Source: Hyphochytrium catenoides
Lineage: Eukaryota; Protista; Hyphochytriomycota
Assembly (NCBI GenBank): GCA_900088475.1
Contig: FLMG01001674.1
Coordinates: 23,430-87,429, forward strand
DNA: 64,000 nt
Reading direction: 5' to 3'
Made by a program: the position numbers and the translations under genes. The notes under the pieces were generated by a model. That model had not been told where the DNA came from, did not search any database, and was given only the letters and a program-made list of their open reading frames with translations. Shown in pieces: positions 13,624 to 23,956 of the stretch. Position 1 is the first letter of the stretch. Each line of letters opens with the position of its first letter.

Positions 13624-14152
13624 TCAGGGTTGGCACTTGCCTTCGTTGAAAGAGGTACCAGCAGGGCACTTCATGGCTCTATTGATAAAAGGACGGAGGG
13701 CAGAGATCCGCGCGTACACTCCTGGCGCCTCACCGCCACAGATGCCGCCCCAGGAGGTCACGCCGACGAGGACTGGCATCTTTCCTCCTTCTTTCTCAAT
13801 AAAGAGAGGTCCGCCGCTATCTGACTGACACGTGTCTCTCCCTGGCCCTTTGGCACAGATCATCGCGTCTGTGATGGCTCGTGGGTCTCCATAGAGCTCT
13901 CTGCACGTTTGCTGGCTGTAGAGCTCGACATCAGCCTGAAGAAGGACTGGACTCTGACGAGGTTCATTGGAACCCGTCACACCCCAGCTGGTGATAGGGA
14001 AGAGAAAATAGAAGGCAACGACAGAGCGAGGGAGAGAAAGAGAGCGAGGGAGAGAAAGAGAGAAAGAGAGAGAGAGAAAGTGAGATCAGTGCTTTGAGCA
14101 CTTTCTAAATGTATCCTTTCCCTTCAGTAGGATATCCAAGGATGGTCCTCTT

Positions 14153-14187
<35 letters not shown>

Positions 14188-14770
14188 CCATTTCGTTGAC
14201 TTGATTGGTTCCTTGGAAGAGGCACGTACCCGATGATCCTGAACTCTCTAGGTTGAGACTCATCTGAATAACTGCCGTCATCTAAGGAAGGAAACACGGG
14301 CAGATCCTCTCCTCCTCGAACTTTGATGATGGCGATGTCATTGTTCTGGTCCGCGCCCTGCATATACTTGGGATGCAAGACAATCTCTGTCGGAGTGAGC
14401 TTGACGCCTTTCTCCTTTGGATTCATCCAATCGTGGCGCCGGTACTCCAGCCGAAACGAGGCAATATTCTTGTCGACGACACAATCTATCGCGGAGAGGA
14501 GAGAGAAGAGAGAAAAGGAGAGAGCGGAGCAGCAGTGAGAAGAGGGGAAAGTAGAGCAGACGCGGTACGAGGATCGTAAGGAGGACTCTCGACTGACAGA
14601 CAGCTGACTGCGCAAGTGAGGACGGGTTCACTTCAAGCAGATGGCGAAAGTGATCGAAGAAGGGAACAGAAGGGAGTCAACGGCGAGGGAAGGGGAAGAA
14701 AGGGAGAAGGAGGGGAGAAAGAAAGGAAGAGCGACACAGACGCAGAGAGAGAGAGAGGGGGAGAGAGAGG

Positions 14771-14836
<66 letters not shown>

Positions 14837-15246
14837 GGAAACAGAAGGAAGGAAAAGAGAGTAAAGAAAACGATGATCTATTGGGATGTACAGAACGGCC
14901 TCTGCCACACGACAATGTAACTCGTGAAGAAGGAGAGACAGGTAAATGGCAAGCTGGACTGCAGGTTGTTAACGTTAGGAAAGTGGCGCTTACGTGCGGC
15001 AGTGAGGACGATGTCCTTGGCAATGTAGGAAGCTCCGCAGAAGGGCAGCCGCTTATCCAAAGAGACAAGACCTACCATCCAACTAGAGTATTTGAAAGGC
15101 ATGGCTTCCTCTCCTCCAATGATAGAGAGAGAAGCGTCGTCAGCATAGCTCTGAGGCACAAGCAGACAGAGCGTGGAGAGATGTAGCAGAGACAGAGAAA
15201 GGCTTGCTACTGCCCCCAGAGGGCCAAGAAATGTGCTGACTTTCAT
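13624..15246 (-). CDS. Secreted trypsin-like serine protease (family S1A); exons 15246-14994, 14485-14230, 13987-13624
   Basis: Hydrophobic signal-like N-terminus, mature start IIGG, FCGAS, spliced TAAHC (His57), NNDIAII (Asp102), spliced IIGWG, DTCQSDSGGP (Asp189, Ser195), GVTSWG and PGVYARIS. Confidence 0.92.
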
Positions 15247-15607
15247 GTGTCACGGGCAACAGACGGGTCTCTACTTTGGCGGTATCGAAGAGGATCAGTG
15301 CGGAGACAGGGTGGAGAGTAGACGACCCTTGATCAAGTTTGTTGTCTCTTCTTCAGGAAGCTTAACTCAGAAGAGGACAACTGTCAAAGCAGCAGTTGGA
15401 GCGCTAATGACAAATGAAGAGTGCTGGAGATTGGGGAGGACGGCCTTCTTCTGGGCCCGTCAGGAGGCCAGCCACCATCTTCGGCTCGTAGGGCCTAGGC
15501 GCAGAGTCGCCTTGGTGTCTACCGTTCCCGAGACACAGTCAAGTCTCTCCCTCTCGGCAACCTCTTTTCTTTTCTTTTCTCTTTCCTTTCCTTCTGTCGC
15601 TGTTCTT

Positions 15608-15643
<36 letters not shown>

Positions 15644-15932
15644 NNNNNNNNNNNNNNNNNNNNNNNNNNNNNNNNNNNNNNNNNNNNNNNNTCTCTCTCT
15701 CTCTCTCTCGCTCTCGCTCTCGCTCTCTCTGCAGGCAGACTGGCATCTTCGTTCTTGCACTACTAATAAGCTGATTCCGTATCTAGTAGTTGTTAACCAC
15801 TTAGGGGTGGCGGATGATCTGGTGCTCTGTCTCGCGGCTCCGCATGTAACGATTGGTGCTGGAATAAACTCTGTGCTACCTCACCCTTTCCTGCGAACCG
15901 TGTCTCTGCCAATAGGCGAGTGGCCTAAGAGA

Positions 15933-16320
15933 GACAGAACCGAAGACAAGGCAGGAAAGAAGCATGCGTCCTTGACATTGAAGAGTCACATTCTATCATA
16001 GACAAAGGTTAGCAGCATCGCCGCTGGACAACTGGCTGGCGAAGAGCCTTATCAATTATCAAACAGAGTAGAACTCTAACCCTAGCCTAACCCTAACCCT
16101 AAGTAGTAGACTGGGACTAGGCGACAGCTTCTCTAAAACTCCTATATCCTTACTCTAATAGGGCAGATACTCGAGTACATTTTTAGTGTCCACTACTCCT
16201 AGGGAGTAACTCGTTCTGTATCTGTGGTTAATTAAGCTTGCCAAGAGAGAGACCTATCGCTTGCCAAGGGAGAGTGGCCTAAGATTCATGCTTCTTTCCT
16301 GCCCTGTCTTCGGTTCTGTC
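15933..16320. repeat. 34-bp inverted repeat pair (15933-15966 and 16287-16320)
   Basis: gacagaaccgaagacaaggcaggaaagaagcatg versus catgcttctttcctgccctgtcttcggttctgtc, with one mismatch. Confidence 0.85.
16074..16102 (+). repeat. Degenerate interstitial telomere-type repeat, about 5 units of CCCTAA
   Basis: ctctaa ccctag cctaa ccctaa ccctaa. Confidence 0.65.
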
Positions 16321-16631
16321 AACCTCCTTCCTTGCCACGCTCTTAGACATAGAACTAGTGCTTTTATTGGTGTAAAACAGTAGTGGGTAACTACTGGTTT
16401 GGTGATCTTTGATAGCTACTACTAATAATAAGGCCCTATTACTATAAATCTTTCTTACTTTATCTTATGAGTTATAGGTCGTAGTAGCTAATAAAAGGGC
16501 GAACAGTGGCCGGGTGGATGATGATGGAGCTGCTTCCTTCCTTCTTTTTCCCCTTTTCTGGCCTACTCAATAGTAGCTTTCGCTCTTGTTCTTCGTAGTC
16601 TTAGTACATTTTTCATGTCATCTTGCTGAAC

Positions 16632-17130
16632 AGTAGTCTACTAGTCACTCCTTATAATAGATTTTGGCTCGTTAAAACAACTCGTGAAGCTTCAGAGTGA
16701 TCGCTCTGCTCTTGAGGCCTGGTCCTCTTAGTCATTGCTCTCAATTGGCAAAGGCTCTAGCTCTTCCCACCAGAATCTCTTTCGCGTTCCATGAAGAGAA
16801 TGCGCTACAGATTCTGAAGCGCATTCCTCTTCAGCAGTTGGACGCCGCTGTTGCTTGCCTGATCGATTGTGATGAAGGTCTTGCGCTACGTCTTCTTCTT
16901 CTCCTCGTCCGTTCCTATCGCTATTGCTGATGGTTCAACTTTGATTTTTCTTCCTTTCCCAATAACGATGGTGGTGGAGGAGAGCGCGTTGATGACTCCA
17001 GGACTTTGTAGCACTTGGCTCTTCTTCATTTTCTTCTTCTTTTTCTGCTTCCTTTTCCTCATCCCACTCTCCTTCTACCTCTTCTTGGGGTGGTATTGGT
17101 TGAACATAGCGAACCCTAAGAAAGCAACCT
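16632..17130 (+). mobile_element. 3'-terminal fragment of a CRE-like non-LTR retrotransposon, preceded by the 3'-end motif of another copy
   Basis: ALPTRISFAFHEENALQILKRIPLQQLDAAVACLID matches the C-termini of the copies at 59.5 and 61.4 kb. agtagtctactagtcactcctt at 16632 is the reverse complement of the 3'-end motif at ~56593. Confidence 0.8.
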
Positions 17131-17149
17131 GAAGTAAAAGTTAAGGTAT

Positions 17150-17770
17150 CTCTTTGTCAAAACAGATATCCTCATCATCATATTAGCGTGTTTCGGCTTC
17201 TGATGTGTCTATCTGAGACTCGCTGCAATCGCGGACTCTTCCTCATGCAGCGGTTCGTGGTGCTGTGTGCTGCTACTAGGATCCTCAATCGTCGGGAGCA
17301 GCCCATCAAGACGAGGAAGAACCTATGAGGCTCGCTGTAAAGACTGTTTGTAGGCCTGCAGCTCGTCCCTTTAGTTTGGAAAATTTGGGAGGCGCCACGA
17401 CATGGGTTCTTCGCTTTGCTGTGTGGAAGGGCTCGTTAAGCTTCAAGGCGATGAGTCTTCACTTCCTGTCACTTCTTGGAATTAATGGACATCGATGATC
17501 TCGTCTTAGGATGGCTTTACGACTTCATCCCACCAGAGTCTCTTTTGCGATCCCATGAAGAGTCCGAATCCGAAGTGCGCTTCTCTTCGTCGGCAGTAGT
17601 AGTTAGACCCTACTCGTGCTTGGCGCGTGGAGGATGATGACGATGGTCTCAGTGCCTTTTCGTCCTTCCTCCCTTTCCTTTTTTATATGAGTGCTGAGGA
17701 AAGCATTTATTATGATGCTTCCTTTGGGATGACGATGACCGTAGAGAAGGAGGAGTTGAAGAGACCAAGA
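17150..17770 (+). mobile_element. Decayed CRE-like fragment (restriction-like endonuclease region)
   Basis: Frameshifted remnants DVSI..DSLQSRTLPHAAV, GLQLVPLVW and ALRLHPTRVSFAI align with the 59.5-60 kb copy. Confidence 0.7.
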
Positions 17771-18283
17771 CGCTGTAGCTCTTGCCCGATCTTCTTTTTC
17801 TGCTCCCGAGTCCCCCGTAGTAGATGCTAGCTCATTGTCTCTCTAACCTTTATATAAAGAGCAACATAGCGCGTCGTCGTCTGATGATAGAGTCACGACG
17901 AGAGGCTATAATGGAAGGTGTCATGTTCTGTCACCTATGTTGCTTCTTCATGCCATTTGGACTACCAGCGCATAGTCTCTGCAAAACTACTTCTTTTTGA
18001 AGGAGGACGTCTTTTTGAAGAAGAAGGACTGAGCACTGGAGGAGAGAGAATGACCAGACTGTCACAAGCGGCACCACTACACTACGACTGGCCCGTGTTA
18101 TTGTTGACAATCTCGACCAAAGGAGTAAACGCAAAGTGATGACCAGCATCATACGCCAATCCTACGCCTGTTTGCTCTTCTGCCGCTGAAGTAGAGTCTA
18201 CTGATCATCATCACGTTTTGAAGAATACATCTCTGGCCTCCGCTACTAGCTTCGTCGCAGGCAAGCCTTGACGTCGCTCACCT

Positions 18284-19759
18284 TCACTCTGCCTCATGAT
18301 TTTCAGGCTGCGACGCAATGGCTGTCTCTGTGGACCGTACCCTTGACTTGATAATAACACAGTCTTCTGGATGACGGAAGCTTGAGTAGACGAGCTTCAG
18401 GACCATTAAAAAGATAGTGCAGCCGCGGTTAAGGCAGAAGTCTTTCAGTGCAAAGCTCAATCCCGGATTTGTTAAGCTCTTGCTGCTGCTCCCGTCTCCC
18501 AGTGATGCCGCGTACTCCCTGTCCTCCAACACGAAGCCATGCACGAGGTTCAGGCGATAGGGACGAAAGTTCTCTCCTAGTTCCACGTAGATAAAGGCAA
18601 GGGAAAGTGTGAACGCCACTAAGTTGAAGAGTTGTACATAACGAAGGCGCGGCCTCTCAGTAACGCTGAAGCTGTCATAGAAGAGGAAGACAGAGCAGAA
18701 GCCGCCAAATACTCCGAGACCACTGAGTGCGCTAAAGACTGAATGGCCTAAGAGAACAAAGTAGCTGCAGCTGAAGACAAACATCTCTCCCATCAGTAGA
18801 TGGGTTTCATACACAGCTGCACAGCGCTTTACCATGGCCCAGTTCATGAGGGAAGTGAAGGTTAAGCACAGCCACGACACAGCTATCACAAAGATGCCAG
18901 CCAGGGCTCCTCTTAACGCAGAGCTACCTTCATCATCGTCATCCGTGATGTCAAGCCCAAGCTTCGGCCCAAAGCTCAGGTACAAGCCCGATATCCACGC
19001 CAGAGCACTGGTGATCCACATGCCCCACAGGTCAGAACGCCTGTTGCATCTCTTCTTCCACCAGAAGGCAGCATTACGCCCTAGAAGCCTTTCCATGACG
19101 GTGTCGTTGCTCTCCTCCAGCGACAGTTCAGTGTAGGGATAAGTAGCAAACAGAGCTTTGTACTGCTTTCTCGCTTCTTCCGGCGGCATCCTGCCTCGAT
19201 GATCGTGAGGCGCCCATGACGCTGGTTGTGCCATTCTCTTACTTCTTCTATGCTTTTGTTGCAAGGCGCGCCGCTTGACTTGGACCACGCCGACCGTAGT
19301 ACCTGCAAAGCTGCTGTCTTTCCTCGAGATCGCGCGAGGAACATCTCCTTCTGCAGCAGGGTGGCGAGGAGCTTTAGAGCTCTTATTGATACCACTGCCG
19401 CAGACCGCCAGAGTGGCAATGGCCAAACGTGACTCCGACGGCCGCGAAGAGCTTTCGTTTCCGCAGAGGAGAGAAGGCGTCAAGTCAGCGTTGCAGCAGC
19501 TCTTGATCAGAACAGTGCTGGCTGTGCTCGTAGTAGGGGCAGCGAGAGACAACAGACAAGAAGAGCGCCCGAGAACGCCCTCAACGGCTGCCGTGACCTC
19601 TTCTAAAACCTTTTTGTCACTGTCGTCCAGTTGAGGATTGCCTCTCAGGAGCACACTTAGCCTATGGCATAGCTGCTTGAGTTCTCTAGAAGACGGCGAT
19701 AGGCTTGATTGGCCACTGTCAGAGATAGCTGCTTCGCTGCTCCTGCTAACTTTGATCAT
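18284..19759 (-). CDS. Uncharacterised ~6-TM membrane protein, paralogue 1 (intronless ORF, 491 aa)
   Basis: Long ORF with several hydrophobic helices. Motifs shared with three other ORFs: TYPYTELSLEESNDTVM, LMNWAMVKRCAAVYETH, YDSF..RPRLRYVQL, KDFCLNRG, KLVYSSFRHPEDC.IIKSRVR. Confidence 0.85.
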   Translation of the reverse strand: MIKVSRSSEAAISDSGQSSLSPSSRELKQLCHRLSVLLRGNPQLDDSDKKVLEEVTAAVEGVLGRSSCLLSLAAPTTSTASTVLIKSCCNADLTPSLLCGNESSSRPSESRLAIATLAVCGSGINKSSKAPRHPAAEGDVPRAISRKDSSFAGTTVGVVQVKRRALQQKHRRSKRMAQPASWAPHDHRGRMPPEEARKQYKALFATYPYTELSLEESNDTVMERLLGRNAAFWWKKRCNRRSDLWGMWITSALAWISGLYLSFGPKLGLDITDDDDEGSSALRGALAGIFVIAVSWLCLTFTSLMNWAMVKRCAAVYETHLLMGEMFVFSCSYFVLLGHSVFSALSGLGVFGGFCSVFLFYDSFSVTERPRLRYVQLFNLVAFTLSLAFIYVELGENFRPYRLNLVHGFVLEDREYAASLGDGSSSKSLTNPGLSFALKDFCLNRGCTIFLMVLKLVYSSFRHPEDCVIIKSRVRSTETAIASQPENHEAE

Positions 19760-20499
19760 CTTCGTCCGTTGCTGACAGGTTAGTGGAGATAAGAGTCCAT
19801 CGATCTCTCCGTAGATGTTGATGTGGGCTTAGGGCTGGACAATCATCACGCTGTCGAAGACAACCGAGAGAGAGAAGAAGATTTCAAGCAGTGCGATGAT
19901 CCTATAACTGAGGGAAGAGGAAGAAGAAGAGAGATGGTGACTCTCCTTGCTCATTACGTTATGGGTCTGGTATGCCGGGGCACAACCTGTCAAGATCGTG
20001 AACGCCCTACACTTGCCACACTTCCTTCTTCCGCAGCTGCTGGAAGAAACCTCGAGCGCAAAAGAAAGTGACCAAGTGACCAATAGAACCTCGCTGTGCA
20101 AAGGTAGTAGCAGACTGGCTTGCAAGGACAGCTGAGCTAATCACTCCTGACCAGCAAGAGCCCATGCGGCATCGAGAAGGATAGCAGACCAGGAGGAAGT
20201 AAGCCAACAAGGAAAGAGACAGCTGGTTGAGGGCGTTTGCTCCAGGCTTAACAGACTTTGGCGCGCGGGGAGCCAGAAGAAGCGATCTTCTATGATCCTC
20301 GCGTCGTGGCGTATTGACTGTTCTATGTAAAGTCATAGAAGAAGAAGAAGATGTCGCGACTACGGAGGAAGATAACCGCCACTACTGGGCTCTTCCTCCT
20401 CCGTTTGTCTTGCGACTGACTAACGCCGCTTTGTCTCCTCCTGCGTCTCCTTCTCCTTGGTGCCACGACGCCCAAGTGGCGCCTCTCGGTTTGCCTTTG

Positions 20500-20543
20500 C
20501 TCTCTCTCTCTCTCTCTCTCCCTCCTCTCTTTCTCTCACTCCC

Positions 20544-20580
<37 letters not shown>

Positions 20581-20835
20581 GTCTCTGTCTCTCTCTCTCT
20601 TTTATATCCAGCATCGCTTGCCTTCCAAGAGAAGAGCTTGAGCAGAAAAACAGCAGGAAAAGTGGTGACAGTGATCAATGAGAAGAAAGAGAGACCACGC
20701 TGGCCGTCGCTCTGGAGGGATGTAGCAAGAAGAGGGAGAGGGAAGGAGAAAGAGAGAGAGAGAGAGGTGGGAGGGAGGAGAGAGAGACAGAGAGAGAAAG
20801 AAAGAGAGAGAGAGAGACAGAGAGTGAGAGACAGA

Positions 20836-20878
<43 letters not shown>
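20500..20878. repeat. (CT)n tract followed by (AG)n tract (quasi-palindromic microsatellite island)
   Basis: CT-rich at ~20500-20600 and AG-rich at ~20730-20875. Confidence 0.85.
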
Positions 20879-20882
<4 letters not shown>

Positions 20883-22101
20883 GCCTTCTTGCTATCCCTC
20901 AACCGCCATTATCCCAGATGTCCGAAGATAAGAAATGTTGACCTGGTAGAGGGCCCCCTCCTTTATAATAATGTTAGAAAAAGCCGATAATAATCTGAGT
21001 CGAGTGACCCGATTCACTAGATTAGGGATAATCTGATGATGATGAAACTGTTGTCAAACGTGTTGTCGAGGGGGAACAGAGGTGTGCAGTATAAGTATAC
21101 CTGCATTACTTGTACTTAGAACGCGTGCTTGCCAGCCCTTACAAGACCTACCATACCACCAAGAACAAACGAAGCTGGTGCTCCTAGGATTTATACTTGT
21201 ACTTGTACTTGTCCTTGCGTCCCAAGAGGAGGGAAGCGAGATCGTTCCAGCAGTTTTTCGGTCCGTTACAGAGGAGTCAGCGCTGTACGTGAGGCCTGCT
21301 TGTGATGCACTGAGGCTGAGGCTTCCTTCTGGGCTGAGGATGATGAGCGAGACTGTCAACTCAGGGAGAACACGAGGTGGGCGGTGGCTGCTGTGAGAGG
21401 AGAGGAGAGGAGGAGGGCGGCTTTGATGAGCACCACCGTGGGGAGAAGAGCTAGGGGCAGCAGCAGGAGCAACAGCTGGTTGGGCTCTCTTCGTACTTCC
21501 CATCGATCGTGGTTGAGGGGCCCTTCTTCTTCTTTCTGAGGATGGGGCCCCGTCTACTTCGTCTTCTTCGATCTGTGAGGTCAGTTGTCGGTCCTCGTCT
21601 TTTCTTCTCATCGACTTGTATGAGGGCAACTATATAGTCAAGAGACAAGAAGAAGGAGAGCAGAACTTAAAGAGAACGCGGTTGTTCTTCGCCAACAACC
21701 TACTAGACAGCTTCACCTCTGATGCACCGTCTGCTGGTGCTCTGCTTACTTAGACATGCAGCATGCTATACAAAGAAGTTCGCCCTTTCTCACGTACTAC
21801 CACGGCCTAGTTCTGGCTGCTCTTAGCCTTCCGTCCACTGTGTAGCAGGCAGCATGTTATCTTGCAGTGCTATCGTTCCAAAAGTTGCTGCCTTCAATTT
21901 CTGACCGGACAAGTGACGGGCGACTCTAAGCGCTAGGACGACCAGCTGTCAAGCTGTTTCCTGCAAGCGTAGCGTGTCCGGCAGCAGGCAGCAGGGAGGA
22001 GGAGGAGAGCCGGCTGCTTGTTACAAGCGGTGCTTCCTCCTGATAGTGCCAAACAATAGGAGGAATCAAGGTTCTGGAGTGCACTGTTTTCTCCAAACAC
22101 G

Positions 22102-23475
22102 ATGATTGCTGCTGCCAAGTGGATGGCAGAAGAGAAGGAGCCAGGTCTAGCACACGGTAGTACTTCCTGTGTAACATCTTCTTCCTCGTCAAAGTCTCCA
22201 GTGACTCAACTTTGTCAGCCTCTCGTCTCCTACCTCTACGGTCCGCGTCCGCCGCTGGATGACACGGCTAAGAATGCCCTTCGTGAAGTGGAAGCAGCCA
22301 TAGAGGCCGCTTTAACATGCTCTACTAGTAACTACCCTGGTTCCTCTATTACTCCTGTTCCGATTGGAACAACGAATAGCATCACCGCCTCTAGCCGCAC
22401 TGCAGTGTCTGTACGGCTACAAAGCGCAGAGCAAAGTTCTCTTTCCGATCCTCCCTCACTATGCGACACTCCTTCCTACGGCTTCAGGGCAGGAGTGGTG
22501 AAAGTCAAGCAGTGCAAAGGGCAGGAGCATGGTCGAAGTGAACATGGGCCAGAGCAAAAGACAAGGTCCAAACAAGAGAGGCTGTTGCCGCACAAGGCTC
22601 TATTTCCCACCTATCCTTACACAGAGCTGTCAGTGGAGGAGAGCAATGATACCGTGATGCATAAGCTACTGGGACGCAGAGCATGTGAATGGTGGCGGAG
22701 GCACAACAGAAAGAACTTTATCAAAGGCTTGTGGATAACCAGTGTCTTTGCCTGGCTTTCAGGCTTCTACTTGGGCTTCGGCCCGCTGCAGGTTCTTGGA
22801 GAGGATACCGTGGATGCGCTGCGAGGGGCGTTAGTAGCTGTGTTTGTTCTTGTGGTGCTCTGGCTCTGGCTCTCGGTCATTTCACTTATGAACTGGGCCA
22901 TGGTAAAGCGCTGTGCCGCAGTCTATGATACTCATTTCCTTATGGCTGAGATGTTCTTCTTCAGCTGCAGTTACTTCATCCTTCTAGAGCATTCAGTACC
23001 TAGTGCGCTCACCGCGTGCGGAGTCTTCGGGGGCTTCTGCTGCATCTTTCTCCTCTATGACAGCTTTGGAGTGGCGGACAGGCCGCGCCTTCGCTATGTC
23101 CAGCTCTTTCATATGACAGCCTTCGCCATATTCTTGGTGCTAATCTATACAGAGGCAGGGACACGCGTTCGTCCATATCGCTTGGAGGTTGCCTCAGGCT
23201 TCAAGCTTGTGGAAGAAAGATCGAGAAAGAGCTGTGATAGTAGAAGCAGCTCTGACGGGGATCCGGAGTTACTGGTGGCCGATAAGCTGAGCCTGTCGCT
23301 GAAGGGTTTCTGCCTTAATCGTGGCTGTACGATTCTTGTGCTGATGATGAAGCTTGTCTATTCAAGCTTTAAGCATCCTGACGACCTTCTTATCATCAGA
23401 TCCCGTGTACGGTCGACAGACATAATCCACTCACCACCAGGTGCGTCAGCAGAAGCTTCATATGGGAGAAAGTAG
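22102..23475 (+). CDS. Uncharacterised ~6-TM membrane protein, paralogue 2 (457 aa)
   Basis: Same family motifs: FPTYPYTELSVEESNDTVM, LMNWAMVKRCAAVYDTH, RPRLRYVQLF, KGFCLNRG, KLVYSSFKHPDD. Confidence 0.85.
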   Translation: MIAAAKWMAEEKEPGLAHGSTSCVTSSSSSKSPVTQLCQPLVSYLYGPRPPLDDTAKNALREVEAAIEAALTCSTSNYPGSSITPVPIGTTNSITASSRTAVSVRLQSAEQSSLSDPPSLCDTPSYGFRAGVVKVKQCKGQEHGRSEHGPEQKTRSKQERLLPHKALFPTYPYTELSVEESNDTVMHKLLGRRACEWWRRHNRKNFIKGLWITSVFAWLSGFYLGFGPLQVLGEDTVDALRGALVAVFVLVVLWLWLSVISLMNWAMVKRCAAVYDTHFLMAEMFFFSCSYFILLEHSVPSALTACGVFGGFCCIFLLYDSFGVADRPRLRYVQLFHMTAFAIFLVLIYTEAGTRVRPYRLEVASGFKLVEERSRKSCDSRSSSDGDPELLVADKLSLSLKGFCLNRGCTILVLMMKLVYSSFKHPDDLLIIRSRVRSTDIIHSPPGASAEASYGRK

Positions 23476-23956
23476 CGTAAACTTAACGAGCCACTTCAGC
23501 CAGTCCGACAGTGGTGGCCTGTCAAAGGAGTGACAAGAGAGAGGCCAACGAAGTACGAGAGAATTTGGAAACATATGAACGGGCTGCGTGCCTGAGCAGC
23601 TACGCCATAGCATTGTGACCGGCCGACTGGACGAAGAGCGCACCTCTGCTAGGAGCCGGATCTATTGTTTCCCTCTGGGGCATAGCGCAATATTTATAGC
23701 AGCACAGTCAGATGGCTCCACTAGCCTCTTCTGATGCCGCCTAACTTTATCTGTAACCCTACTTCTTTTCTCTACCGCCTCTTTGATGGGCCTCTTCTTT
23801 GTCATAAGACCGACGAGGGTCCGTGGGCACAATTGGCAAAGGAGAGCCAGGGCAAAAAGAGGAGCACAGCCACCAGCAGACTGGACACGTTAGCAGAGTC
23901 TATATTATATTTAGTAAGAACACCACCAGATCGGCTGGGATAGAGCAGACTCTTCA

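Larger units (their letters stand above)
190..15730. repeat. (CT)n/(AG)n microsatellite-saturated domain with assembly gaps at 912-926, 1414-1451, 11995-12037 and 15644-15691
   Basis: Dozens of perfect and degenerate CT/AG tracts fill introns and intergenic DNA; every N-run lies inside a (CT)n tract. Confidence 0.97.

Noticed and set aside
19823-21648. Short overlapping ORFs between paralogues 1 and 2, including 21054-21629
   Set aside because: Low complexity with no motifs; the faint similarity of 19947-20135 to 23458-23643 is too short to trust.
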